Origin: a virus
Reading direction: 5' to 3' (one strand)
Virus genome (UHGV): UHGV-1373670
Length of the DNA stretch: 57,081 bases
The notes beneath the pieces are model-generated. The model searched no databases, was not told the DNA's origin, and saw nothing but the letters and a program-made list of their open reading frames with translations. The stretch's first letter is position 1. Each line of letters opens with the position of its first letter. This document shows positions 9,206 to 17,590 of the stretch, one piece after another. The translations under genes and the position numbers were made by a program.

Positions 9206-9559
9206 TTAGTTCTGTTCGTTGCGTTCGTCCCTGAGCTTGTGTATGGCTTCTTCCGCCTCCTCCCATTCGCCACCGAAGATGTAGGTAATGACGCTCTGTG
9301 CGGTGTCGCTTAGAGGCACTTCCTTCGCTATCTCCCGTAGCTCTCTGAGTAGCTCGGTGTAGTCCTTCTGATCGGGCTCAAAGCCAAGGAATTTAGCTTC
9401 ACGGCAAGCCCGCCATACCGCCCCAGCATTCCCCCGACTTCTGTATTGTGCATATTCCACTATTTGCTGAATGGCATTGCCTCGGAAGTAGTCAATACGA
9501 TAGGTGATAAGCAGGTTGTCACGCCACGCTCTCAGCCGTTCTTTTTGTTCTTGGGTCAT
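9206..9559 (-). CDS. hypothetical protein (117 aa)
   Basis: ORF in the operon. Confidence 0.4.
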   Translation of the reverse strand: MTQEQKERLRAWRDNLLITYRIDYFRGNAIQQIVEYAQYRSRGNAGAVWRACREAKFLGFEPDQKDYTELLRELREIAKEVPLSDTAQSVITYIFGGEWEEAEEAIHKLRDERNEQN

Positions 9560-9575
9560 AGATCTATGTTGTTTG

Positions 9576-10178
9576 TTAGTCTTGATTATCTCGGTTGAAC
9601 ATTGAGTATATCTGCTCTACTATCCACGCTCTCCCCTCCGCCTTAGCTTCTTTGAGAGTTGGGAGGACCATATCGAGATTGCTTTTCAAGCGTTCCGACA
9701 CAGAGTAGACGCACCAGCCTCCACCAGCTGAGTACTTGCAGATGTGTATCCGCCAAGCATTCACCATTGTCCACCACTCGTCGTCGCCAGCCTTGCACCA
9801 TACAAGCGGTCGCAGGTTGTCGTCAATGAGCTTGCGGGAGATAGCCTCGGTAGGATATGGGGCTTTTGCCCTCAGCTCCGCTCGCATTGCTTTGAACATG
9901 TTTATGCACAACCGATTGGTCTTGGCGAGCTTCTTTATGCAGAGTTTAAGCTCGTCTATCTCCTCGTCCTTGTCGGCCACCTCCTTTTCGAGCTTCTCCT
10001 TTTCCTGGAACAGCGAGTAGTTGTGCTTCGTGAGGCTCTCACGCAGGTCGTCCTTGGACTTTCTGAGGTCTTCCACCTCCCGCCCCTCAGACAACCAAAG
10101 GAAGAAGAGTGTGACGCACCCTGCGCCAAGGGTGAGGCAGGCGATGAAGGAGAGGAGGGCGAATGTTTCGTTTGTCAT
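9576..10178 (-). CDS. membrane-anchored coiled-coil protein (200 aa)
   Basis: N-terminal TM helix (FALLSFIACLTLGAGCVTLFFLWL), Lys/Glu-rich coiled-coil segment, Cys/Trp-rich C-terminal domain. Confidence 0.45.
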   Translation of the reverse strand: MTNETFALLSFIACLTLGAGCVTLFFLWLSEGREVEDLRKSKDDLRESLTKHNYSLFQEKEKLEKEVADKDEEIDELKLCIKKLAKTNRLCINMFKAMRAELRAKAPYPTEAISRKLIDDNLRPLVWCKAGDDEWWTMVNAWRIHICKYSAGGGWCVYSVSERLKSNLDMVLPTLKEAKAEGRAWIVEQIYSMFNRDNQD

Positions 10179-10184
10179 ATCTCC

Positions 10185-10778
10185 TTAGTATTTCTTCCCG
10201 TGCAGTGCAGGGCGTGTTGCGTTGTATTTCATCTGAAGCTCGACGTGCTTCATCAGGTCGAACGCGAAGGTCTTGGATATTGTCCTCAAAATGCGAACAA
10301 TTCGCGTGGCGTTGGATTTGTAGGTGTCTTGTTCCTGAAAAGGATTACTAAGCCATTCGGTTGCTTTTAAAAGCTGCGTAGTAAATGTTTCCATAGATGT
10401 TGCAGGGAGCAATGTGAATGCCTCGATTACTTCTTCTCCCTTCACCATTGATCCGATGAAGTCAAGCAGGCGGATGCAAGCATTTGCGATTTCGTATTCA
10501 ACGGAGTACTTGACCTCGTTCACGAACATTTGAGTGTAGTGCTCACCCTCGAGCCGCTCCAGCTTTTTGATTGTTTTGTTAGAAAGCCTTGCCCACTTAT
10601 TGACGCGGTCGGCTTCCACGGCTTTGCCGAGTTTGGCAAGCACCAGCATCATGTAGTGGTCATAGTGGTAGCGCCCGTGTCGACGTTCGTCCCAGGAACC
10701 TTTAGCTACCGCCGTATTGTGGGCGAGCCTGGCGAGTGGAGCTATGTTGTCCCAGTTGTAGATGCCTGTCTGTGTCAT
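10185..10778 (-). CDS. MazG-like all-alpha NTP pyrophosphohydrolase family protein (paralog 1)
   Basis: Two helical E-rich segments (LAKLGKAVEAD ... VEYEIANACIRLLD) fit the MazG ExxE...ExxD pattern; C-terminus ...KYNATRPALHGKKY. Paralog of the next gene. Confidence 0.4.
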   Translation of the reverse strand: MTQTGIYNWDNIAPLARLAHNTAVAKGSWDERRHGRYHYDHYMMLVLAKLGKAVEADRVNKWARLSNKTIKKLERLEGEHYTQMFVNEVKYSVEYEIANACIRLLDFIGSMVKGEEVIEAFTLLPATSMETFTTQLLKATEWLSNPFQEQDTYKSNATRIVRILRTISKTFAFDLMKHVELQMKYNATRPALHGKKY

Positions 10779-10784
10779 ATCTTC

Positions 10785-11381
10785 TCAGTATTTCTTCCCG
10801 TGCTTCGCAGGGCGTGTTTCGTTGTATTTCAGCTTGAGGTCGATGTGCGCCATCAGGTCGATGCCGAGGTGGTCGCAGAGCAACTCGAGGGATTTGATGG
10901 CGTAGAGAATGGCGGTGCGGTGAGCGTACATATTGCAATGACAGCACACCTCTTGAAGGATAGGCCACAGCGCATCAGCAAGCGTCATTTCCCCATCGAT
11001 GTAGAATGCAGATACGCCTAAGTCGGTCTCTACCTCCTTCTCCGACAGCGCACGATCTTTTGTCATCCACCCCAGCAGGTCGAGCATGCGTATCACTGCG
11101 TCGGCGATCTCGTCCTCCACTCTATCCTTGACCTCACGTAGGAACTCTTGATTATAGGGCGCACCCGCTATACGCTGGAGTGTGTCTATCGTGTCGGGGT
11201 CGAGCTTCGCCCACTTGCCTAAGCGGTCGGCCTCCACTGCCTCGGAAAGCTCCGAGACAACCAGCATCAGATAATGCCCGACGGAGTGGGGCTCATTCCA
11301 AAAGCCTTTAGCTACTGCCCGCTGGTGGCAGTCCTTGGCGTAGCGGTTGAGCGTATCTGCGTTGTAAAGTATGTATGTCAT
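10785..11381 (-). CDS. MazG-like all-alpha NTP pyrophosphohydrolase family protein (paralog 2)
   Basis: AVAKGFWNE...LVVSELSEAVEAD...VEDEIADAVIRMLD...KYNETRPAKHGKKY; clearly homologous to 10185..10778. Confidence 0.4.
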   Translation of the reverse strand: MTYILYNADTLNRYAKDCHQRAVAKGFWNEPHSVGHYLMLVVSELSEAVEADRLGKWAKLDPDTIDTLQRIAGAPYNQEFLREVKDRVEDEIADAVIRMLDLLGWMTKDRALSEKEVETDLGVSAFYIDGEMTLADALWPILQEVCCHCNMYAHRTAILYAIKSLELLCDHLGIDLMAHIDLKLKYNETRPAKHGKKY

Positions 11382-11400
11382 ATTCGTTGCGATGTATCTA

Positions 11401-11583
11401 TTAGTTCCCGAGTTGAAAGAGTATGACGAAGGCCCACACCAGGCAGGCAGTCCCGAAGATGTTTATCGGGATAAGCCACCAGCGGAGCTCCCTCCCCTCT
11501 TGCTCATCCTCCTCCAGCAGTGCGTATGACGTAGGGGAAGTAATCAAGCCCATGAGAAACAGGATGATAAATTGAGTAGCCAT
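11401..11583 (-). CDS. small membrane protein (60 aa)
   Basis: Two hydrophobic helices (FIILFLMGLITSP; LIPINIFGTACLVWAFVILF). Confidence 0.35.
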   Translation of the reverse strand: MATQFIILFLMGLITSPTSYALLEEDEQEGRELRWWLIPINIFGTACLVWAFVILFQLGN

Positions 11584-11589
11584 GGTTAG

Positions 11590-12390
11590 TTATAGGGAGG
11601 ATATGGTTAAGCCTCCTTCAGGGTCACATACCATTGTGAACTTGGCGATGATGTTGAGGTTTTCCATGATCGCCATCGCAATCTCACCCATTTTGGGTAA
11701 GAAGTAGAGGTTTTGACCTACTGGTACCACCCTAAAACGGATGCGTACCTCATCGCCAGTGGTAGATATGAGTCTGATTGTCGATGGCCAATCCATCCGT
11801 ATGGTCTTGCCTATATTCTGCATATCAATATCAAACTTGAGGTGCGCAAAGTCTGATCTTTTCACATCCTCTATACAGAGGTGCATGTTGTATTCGGAGG
11901 GCATTCGGTTATAAGACACCAGCCTGATAAGATTAGACTCCTCACTGACAAACTCAAGGCCTACGCATTGAGCATCATGTCTACTCCCTACATTGTCACC
12001 TGCTGCTGTTGTTCCAGTAAACACCAGCCCCTTGATCTTTTTAGTTTCTTCTACTCGTTTCATGTCTTTAAGTTTTAGTCTTGTTGGATCGCCCTCCTTC
12101 TCCATAAGAGGTCGGGGAGTGCGTTGTGGTCGTGATACCCGAGTTCGTGATTCGACGCGTCCCATTCGGGAGTTGAACTCGGTGAGGCAGTCCACCATGG
12201 ATTGGTAGACCTCGTTCTGCCCCTTGCAGCAGTCCCGCAGGGTCGCGTGGTCCTCGATCAGCTTAGCGATGTCGGACTTCATGCTGGCGTGCATGCTGTC
12301 GAAAAGGCGGATGCGAGAGTGAATAGCCCAAATGAAGTAGGCCGCGGTAAGGGCGCATGCTATGAGCAGGCCCAGTGTTACGTATGTCAT
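11590..12390 (-). CDS. membrane-anchored hypothetical protein (266 aa)
   Basis: N-terminal TM helix (VTLGLLIACALTAAYFIWAI); ATGA overlap with the upstream resolvase gene. Confidence 0.45.
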   Translation of the reverse strand: MTYVTLGLLIACALTAAYFIWAIHSRIRLFDSMHASMKSDIAKLIEDHATLRDCCKGQNEVYQSMVDCLTEFNSRMGRVESRTRVSRPQRTPRPLMEKEGDPTRLKLKDMKRVEETKKIKGLVFTGTTAAGDNVGSRHDAQCVGLEFVSEESNLIRLVSYNRMPSEYNMHLCIEDVKRSDFAHLKFDIDMQNIGKTIRMDWPSTIRLISTTGDEVRIRFRVVPVGQNLYFLPKMGEIAMAIMENLNIIAKFTMVCDPEGGLTISSL

Positions 12391-12947
12391 CCGTTAAATC
12401 CTTTGATAGGTGTTGCGAGGTGGTGAATAGCCAGGAGCAGCGCGTCGCGGTCCTCCTGATTGGTGGCCCTTTGCTTGTGCTTAGGCAGTGTGAGTCGGTG
12501 ACGCTTGCATACCATCAGGAGCTCCTCGTGTGTGATCTTCCCGTTCTTACCCTTCCACACCTTGCGTAGTGGTGGCTGGCAGATGAGCGGGAACTCGTAG
12601 TCGGTGATGAGGTCACGCAGGACCTCTCCGACCATAGCACAGCGTCCGACGTTATACCCCGTCTTGGCTATTGCCTTGGCTTCCACCTGTCCCCCGATGT
12701 GTCGGTTGTGCGATGTCCCCCACACATTCTCGAGGACGAAGCGGTAAGAGTAGTCGGTATCGAGATACTGCTCGTCCACCTCGTTGCGCCATTCCTGGAG
12801 CAAGCGTACGATCTTTGGGATTGTCAGCTGCTCCAGGTGAATAGTGCGGTCGGTGATATTGATGCAAGCCCAGCCCGAGCCCTGAGTGTCAGGGTCGATG
12901 CCGATGATCAGCTGCTTCTTTGGGCGGGTGGTTAGGTCGTTGCTCAT
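12387..12947 (-). CDS. RuvC-like Holliday junction resolvase
   Basis: N-terminal motif LIIGIDPDTQGSGWA matches the RuvC/RNase H-fold catalytic Asp motif (IxGIDPG...G.A); size 186 aa; sits in the recombination/replication module. Confidence 0.5.
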   Translation of the reverse strand: MSNDLTTRPKKQLIIGIDPDTQGSGWACINITDRTIHLEQLTIPKIVRLLQEWRNEVDEQYLDTDYSYRFVLENVWGTSHNRHIGGQVEAKAIAKTGYNVGRCAMVGEVLRDLITDYEFPLICQPPLRKVWKGKNGKITHEELLMVCKRHRLTLPKHKQRATNQEDRDALLLAIHHLATPIKGFNG

Positions 12948-13438
12948 GGTTTGTACACCTCATTCTCCCCGTAGATACATGTCAATCGGAGTAAGATCGA
13001 CTCGATGAAGTGTCGTCTGCACGCGTCTTGGTCTTCCAATGGGCCTGTAATAGAACTATCCAATAAGAGCTCGTAGTCCTTGCACCTCAAAGCAAAGTCT
13101 ACCCTTTCCTCCTGCTCCCATCCTGGAATTTTGCTGGCAGCTATACTCAGATAGGCTTCACAAACTTTATCGAGATGCATAGTCAAGCCGAATTGAACGA
13201 AGCCGTCGGGAACAATCATAGTGTAATCGACGGCCCTGGAGAGGTCCTCGATTGATATGCCATCCTTCCCTTCTTTCTTGCTCGCCTTCACAAGATCCAA
13301 GAGCTTCTTTGGCGTACCCTTCTTCAGGCAGATAAGCACCTTATTGTAAATATCCATAAGCCTCTCCGCTTCTTCCTTTTCCTTTTGGCCCATGAATTTT
13401 AGGTTGGCGATCATTGTCTTTTTGTCTTCCATGTTCAC
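12944..13438 (-). CDS. hypothetical protein (164 aa)
   Basis: ORF in the operon. Confidence 0.4.
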   Translation of the reverse strand: MNMEDKKTMIANLKFMGQKEKEEAERLMDIYNKVLICLKKGTPKKLLDLVKASKKEGKDGISIEDLSRAVDYTMIVPDGFVQFGLTMHLDKVCEAYLSIAASKIPGWEQEERVDFALRCKDYELLLDSSITGPLEDQDACRRHFIESILLRLTCIYGENEVYKP

Positions 13439-13444
13439 CTGTTG

Positions 13445-13834
13445 TTAGAATGGCAGATCATCAGCGACTCCCGCTTGTGGTGCGGGTGCTGGTTGTGGTT
13501 GCGCAGGGGCGGCAGCTGGAGCGGTGGCTACCTGCTGTGGTGCTGGTGCAGCTTGCTGTGCTCCTGCCAGGACGATGTTCCACGCCTTGATCTCAGTGTA
13601 CCATCGCCCGTTGAACTCTCGGCTATCGATGTCTACGGAGACCATCACGTCCTGCCCCACCTGTGGTGTCTTGGCTACGTTGTCTCCGAAGAGTGAGATA
13701 CAGACCTTGCGGGGGTATTGCCCACCTTGCTCAAGGATGAACTCCTGCCTCTGCCATGGGTTGCCAGCCTTGGATGTTCCCGACTGGATTGGGAGGACCT
13801 GCACGACCTTCCCGCTGATATTCATTTCGCTCAT
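13445..13834 (-). CDS. OB-fold ssDNA-binding-like protein (DUF3127-like) with an SSB-type acidic C-terminal tail
   Basis: N-terminus MNISGKVVQVLPIQSGTSKAGNPWQRQEFILE matches the pattern of Bacteroidota DUF3127 proteins; proline/alanine/glutamine-rich linker; C-terminal DDLPF tail as in the bacterial SSB protein-interaction tip. Confidence 0.5.
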   Translation of the reverse strand: MSEMNISGKVVQVLPIQSGTSKAGNPWQRQEFILEQGGQYPRKVCISLFGDNVAKTPQVGQDVMVSVDIDSREFNGRWYTEIKAWNIVLAGAQQAAPAPQQVATAPAAAPAQPQPAPAPQAGVADDLPF

Positions 13835-13846
13835 ATCGCTGTGTGA

Positions 13847-14374
13847 TTAAAGTGTTGTCTGTTCTGTTACTCTGATGAGGTAGCCTCTACGGACAAGCTC
13901 GTCAGGGGATAGATCGAGGAGGCAGTCGGAGGTGTCTGTACTTGACACGTTGCGCCTTTCCTCTTTCAGGGCATTTGCCTTCGTGAGTCGTCGGTACTTA
14001 CCTGCGATAGCTTGCTCATGGAAAGTGCACCCCGACTCTTCCTTGTACTTTCGGATGCACCCCATAAGGCCAAGCTCAGGGGTACGCTCGAGCATCACGA
14101 TGATCTCGTCGATGATTGACGCTGGTATCACTCCATACCCTGCTGGCTTTCCTCCCTGGTGCTCGATGTACCTCGGGTGATGAGTCAGCTTGTGGCATAT
14201 GTGATGGCGTGAATATCCGTATCTCTTCGCAGCCATCCTCGATGCTGGCGTGGGCCTCATGCCGCCCTCGATCACCAGCTGCAAGGCGTAGTCTACGATC
14301 TTCTCGAGAGGTGTGTTTCGCTCGATCATGGCTAAGATTTGCTGATAGTTCGTAGCATCTTGCTCCGTTGCCAT
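13847..14374 (-). CDS. hypothetical protein (175 aa)
   Basis: ORF in the operon; His/Cys-rich middle. Confidence 0.4.
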   Translation of the reverse strand: MATEQDATNYQQILAMIERNTPLEKIVDYALQLVIEGGMRPTPASRMAAKRYGYSRHHICHKLTHHPRYIEHQGGKPAGYGVIPASIIDEIIVMLERTPELGLMGCIRKYKEESGCTFHEQAIAGKYRRLTKANALKEERRNVSSTDTSDCLLDLSPDELVRRGYLIRVTEQTTL

Positions 14375-14583
14375 CGCTCTTGTATCTCCTTCTGTGCTGC
14401 GGAGACGTCGGCCTTACACTGCTCGAGCTTCTTGCTGTAGTAGGCATGAGCTCGTGGCGTCGTGGTGCGTCCGATGATTGCAGGGAGTGCTTCGATATGC
14501 ACATTGAGGTTGCGGATGCGATCCCGCAGGTCCTTGTCGGTTAGGTCGTCGAAGTTGTTGAAGTTGTAACAGATGTCTTGCAT
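14332..14583 (-). CDS. hypothetical small protein (83 aa)
   Basis: ORF; overlaps the downstream gene by 43 nt in another frame, so the start is uncertain. Confidence 0.3.
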   Translation of the reverse strand: MQDICYNFNNFDDLTDKDLRDRIRNLNVHIEALPAIIGRTTTPRAHAYYSKKLEQCKADVSAAQKEIQERWQRSKMLRTISKS

Positions 14584-14594
14584 AAGCTTTGAGG

Positions 14595-15341
14595 TTACGA
14601 CCTCGGCTGTGCTGACGCCAGTCGGTGGTCTGTTGATGATAAATGGACTATGACGCAGTCGCCTTGGATGCGAGAGGCAGTGCGGTCGTCGTAGAGGTTA
14701 GGACCGCTCAGTGCGTCGGGTGGATAGTTGCTTGTGATGATCGTTGGTCGGCTAAGTCGCTCTCCGTGCTGATCGCTGCGTCGGCAGATGATTGACGCTA
14801 TGACGCTTGATCGTGATCCGTAGTACTGCGCCTCCTTGGGCTCTGCCCCGAGGTCTCCGATGTGCAGGACAAAGCGTCCCTCATCGAGATATTTCCCCGT
14901 CTCCTGGTAGTGTGCGGTGTAGTCCCTGGCGTGTGTCTCGCCATGGGTGGCACTGCTCCACAGCAGGGGTAGGTATGACACGCTCCATTTGTCCCGATCC
15001 TTGTCGTATTTCCAAAATGGGCGGTGCACCCCGACGATCTCGGAGAGGCGGTGCAGTAGTCGCACCAGCATGGTCTTGCCTGATCCCGTCGGACCCCACA
15101 CGTACAAACCTCCGAAGGGGTTAGTGCAGGACGGGGAAGCGAGTAGCCAGGCGAGGGCTCTGCGGTATGCCTGTATCTCGTCGGGCGATAGGTCGAAGGC
15201 TGGAGTCTCACGTCGTCCCAACTCGAGGAGGACGTCGAACGCGTCGTCAAAGGTGACGGGGTTCTTCATCAGCCGTGGCTCATACCCCTCGAAGGTGACG
15301 GGGTCAAGCGTTGCAAGCAGTTCTTCTTTCGTGAATGGCAT
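14595..15341 (-). CDS. AAA+ ATPase, DnaC/IstB-like helicase loader candidate
   Basis: Walker A VWGPTGSGKTMLV; Walker B-like FVLHIGDLG; sits next to the replisome-organiser gene. Confidence 0.5.
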   Translation of the reverse strand: MPFTKEELLATLDPVTFEGYEPRLMKNPVTFDDAFDVLLELGRRETPAFDLSPDEIQAYRRALAWLLASPSCTNPFGGLYVWGPTGSGKTMLVRLLHRLSEIVGVHRPFWKYDKDRDKWSVSYLPLLWSSATHGETHARDYTAHYQETGKYLDEGRFVLHIGDLGAEPKEAQYYGSRSSVIASIICRRSDQHGERLSRPTIITSNYPPDALSGPNLYDDRTASRIQGDCVIVHLSSTDHRLASAQPRS

Positions 15342-15353
15342 TGTGTCGTTGTG

Positions 15354-16505
15354 TTAGTCGGGATAGTCAGCGTACTTTGCGGGGAAGTTGCGTTTGAGTA
15401 CCGCTCGGTTGTCGTGGTCAAGTGCAAGCCACTTAGCCATTTCATCCTGTGGCGTAGGTGGCGCGCTTCGCTCAGGGTGGTATTCGGCATTGGTGTAGGT
15501 TGGTCGAGATTGCGAAGCTCGGGGGAATAGTGACTGCCGTTTGGCGTCCTCTTCCTTCTGACGCTTGTGCCAGGTGACCAGCGCGCTCTTCCAGCTCTTC
15601 ATCTTGTTAGGCCCAACGCGCCAGCCGTTGCTCTCGTAGTGGGCTATGAACCTCTCGGGGTCTACTTCATAGCCCGCCCTCTCTATCTCAGCTCTGACTT
15701 CATCCAGGGAGGGCGGGGAAAAGCGCGTCGCTTTTTCCCCCTCTCTCTTTATGTCTTCTTGTCTTATAGTCTTGGGGCTTTGCCCCCCTATTATCCCCCC
15801 ATCTACCTTGCTTTTTTGGGGGTCTACCTTGGTGCTACCTTCCTCGCTACCTTCCTCTACCTTACTTTCTACCTTGGTCGTACCTTCCTTTACCTTACCT
15901 CCTACCTTACTTCTACCTTCCTCTACCTTGGTGTCTACCTTGGTGTCTACCTTACTTTTACCTTGGTCTACCTTACTTCTACCTTCCTCTGTACCTTCCT
16001 TTACCTTGGTGCTACCTTCCTCGCTACCTTCCTCTACCTTACTTTCTACCTTGGTAGGTCTGTACTTTCTACCGCCCTTTGCCATGCGTTCGCGTGCCTC
16101 GGGAGATAGTCGTCGCTTGGCTCGGTAGGCGGTTGGCTCGTCGCTCGTCTCTTCATCTTCGTACCCCTTCCTGATGACGGCTTCGTGGAAGTCGTGGCTT
16201 AGTCGTCGTGAGTAGAAGTACTCGATGTTGTCGTCTCCAGCCTCTACTACGAAGAGCTCAAAGTCTCTGACAACAGACTCAATCATCGTAGGCTTGCGAG
16301 AGTGGAGTAGCTTCGCGATGAGCTTTGGGTCTAACTGCATTCGAGGCTCTTTGCCTTCGTCTGCTGATAGCTGGCTGAGTAGCTCGAGTGTTAGCCAGTA
16401 GATGCCGTAACCCTCTGCCCCATGTGCCGCCATGAGTCGTCGGAGCTTTAGGTCTAAGCTGGCATGAATATCGTGGCGAAAATATCTGTCGGAGCACATA
16501 CACAT
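15354..16505 (-). CDS. phage replisome organiser / DnaD-like replication initiation protein with an internal K/E-rich tandem-repeat linker
   Basis: N-terminus YFRHDIHASLDLKLRRLMAAHGAEGYGIYWLTLELL has the Lin1244-type replisome organiser pattern; C-terminus FIAHYESNGWRVGPNKMKSWKSALVTWHKR has the conserved phage C-terminal motif; the middle is about 9-aa repeats KVEEGSEEGSTKV. Confidence 0.55.
   Translation of the reverse strand: MCMCSDRYFRHDIHASLDLKLRRLMAAHGAEGYGIYWLTLELLSQLSADEGKEPRMQLDPKLIAKLLHSRKPTMIESVVRDFELFVVEAGDDNIEYFYSRRLSHDFHEAVIRKGYEDEETSDEPTAYRAKRRLSPEARERMAKGGRKYRPTKVESKVEEGSEEGSTKVKEGTEEGRSKVDQGKSKVDTKVDTKVEEGRSKVGGKVKEGTTKVESKVEEGSEEGSTKVDPQKSKVDGGIIGGQSPKTIRQEDIKREGEKATRFSPPSLDEVRAEIERAGYEVDPERFIAHYESNGWRVGPNKMKSWKSALVTWHKRQKEEDAKRQSLFPRASQSRPTYTNAEYHPERSAPPTPQDEMAKWLALDHDNRAVLKRNFPAKYADYPD
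15780..16060. repeat. imperfect tandem nucleotide repeat (about 9-27 nt units, taccttcct / ctaccttggt) inside the replisome-organiser CDS
   Basis: Direct reading: ctaccttcctcgctaccttcctctaccttactttctaccttggt... recurs many times; a 60-nt block at 15829-15888 is repeated almost exactly at 16009-16068. Confidence 0.8.
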
Positions 16506-16523
16506 AGTATATATGAGGTGTTA

Positions 16524-16844
16524 CTATTTACGTCTCATCTTCTCGGCTCTCCTTTTGAGGTCGTTGAAGATCGTCGTGTCGAGGATTATTGTTGATCGTC
16601 CTTCCTGTGTGAAGGCTTCGGGATAGTCTTTGATGCGTTGTCTGAGTGTTGCTGAGTTTCGTATGCCGAGATACGCCATCACTTCCTTGCGTCCGCTGAT
16701 GGTGCGATGCTGTGGCTCTTGTCGATGCCTCAGCTCTTCTCTGAGTGCCTCAGCTCCCTCTCGCATAGCATTCATGATGAGCTGCCGTAGATCCTCGGGG
16801 CTCATCTGAATGGTGACGGGGGTGTAGGTCTGTGTGGTTGGCAT
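16524..16844 (-). CDS. helix-turn-helix DNA-binding protein (excisionase/AlpA-like)
   Basis: ISGRKEVMAYLGIRNSATLRQRIKDYPEAF forms an HTH; small basic protein. Confidence 0.45.
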   Translation of the reverse strand: MPTTQTYTPVTIQMSPEDLRQLIMNAMREGAEALREELRHRQEPQHRTISGRKEVMAYLGIRNSATLRQRIKDYPEAFTQEGRSTIILDTTIFNDLKRRAEKMRRK

Positions 16845-16845
16845 A

Positions 16846-17589
16846 TCAGAATGGTGTCTTATTGATCTCTATTGTCATGTCGGGTGCTGCTATCATCGTG
16901 GGCAGCCCCGTAGCCTCTTCGATTGATTGTCGGCAACGCTCTGCATTGGTGTTGCCTGCGGAGAGGTGTATGAGCAGTATCTGTCGTGAGGTGGTCAGGT
17001 CATTTGCCAGGAGCGTCCGTAAGCAAGTGCCGTAACTCATGTGCGATCTTGTCGTGCGTTGGTACTGCGCTGGGTGGATAGCCCCTGCAGCGAGTCGCTC
17101 CTTGATGAGGTCCTCGCTGTAGTTGCATTCGATGAGCCAGTGCGTCGCCTTGGGGAAGCGGTATTTAAGTAGGTATGAGTCGGTGAGGAATAGCAGCCTA
17201 CCCATTTCTTCGTGCTCGATAAGGAAGCCCAGGGGCTCCTCTGCGTCGTGCTCCACGTCGAAGGGAAGGACCGAGAAGCTACCGATCTTCACTGCTCGCT
17301 TGCTCGTCAGTATTCGGAGCATGGGGTCGTCACCGAGCTGTAAAGCGTCGGCCGTCCCCCTGGAGCAGTAAATCGGTACTCTTCGGCTGGTGACCCAGCG
17401 GGCCTCGCGGGCATGGTCTCCGTGCTCGTGCGAGAGGAGGCAACCCGCGAGGTGCTGTAGGTCAAAGTCCAGGGACTGGAGTAGCTGCTGCTTCTTGACT
17501 CCGCATTCGATGAGGAGCGTTTCCCCTGACGATGTACGAAGTATGTAGGCATTGCCTGCGCTACTCGATCCGAGGACTGAGAGAGTCAT
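16846..17589 (-). CDS. metallo-beta-lactamase-fold hydrolase
   Basis: HxHxDH motif (LLSHEHGDHA) and downstream His/Asp; 247 aa; next to recT. Confidence 0.65.
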   Translation of the reverse strand: MTLSVLGSSSAGNAYILRTSSGETLLIECGVKKQQLLQSLDFDLQHLAGCLLSHEHGDHAREARWVTSRRVPIYCSRGTADALQLGDDPMLRILTSKRAVKIGSFSVLPFDVEHDAEEPLGFLIEHEEMGRLLFLTDSYLLKYRFPKATHWLIECNYSEDLIKERLAAGAIHPAQYQRTTRSHMSYGTCLRTLLANDLTTSRQILLIHLSAGNTNAERCRQSIEEATGLPTMIAAPDMTIEINKTPF

Positions 17590-17590
17590 A

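Noticed and set aside
14798-15250. ORFs 14798..15250 (-), 14807..15124 (+) and 14947..15357 (+) overlapping the DnaC-like ATPase gene
   Set aside because: They are arginine/serine/proline-rich alternative-frame translations of a GC-rich coding region. The Walker-A frame (14595..15341) is the real gene.
15780-16060. Possible CRISPR-like array, suggested by the regular short repeats
   Set aside because: The repeats are contiguous with no unique spacers, about 9-27 nt, imperfect, in frame within a long ORF, and encode K/E-rich peptide repeats. This is a coding tandem repeat, not CRISPR.
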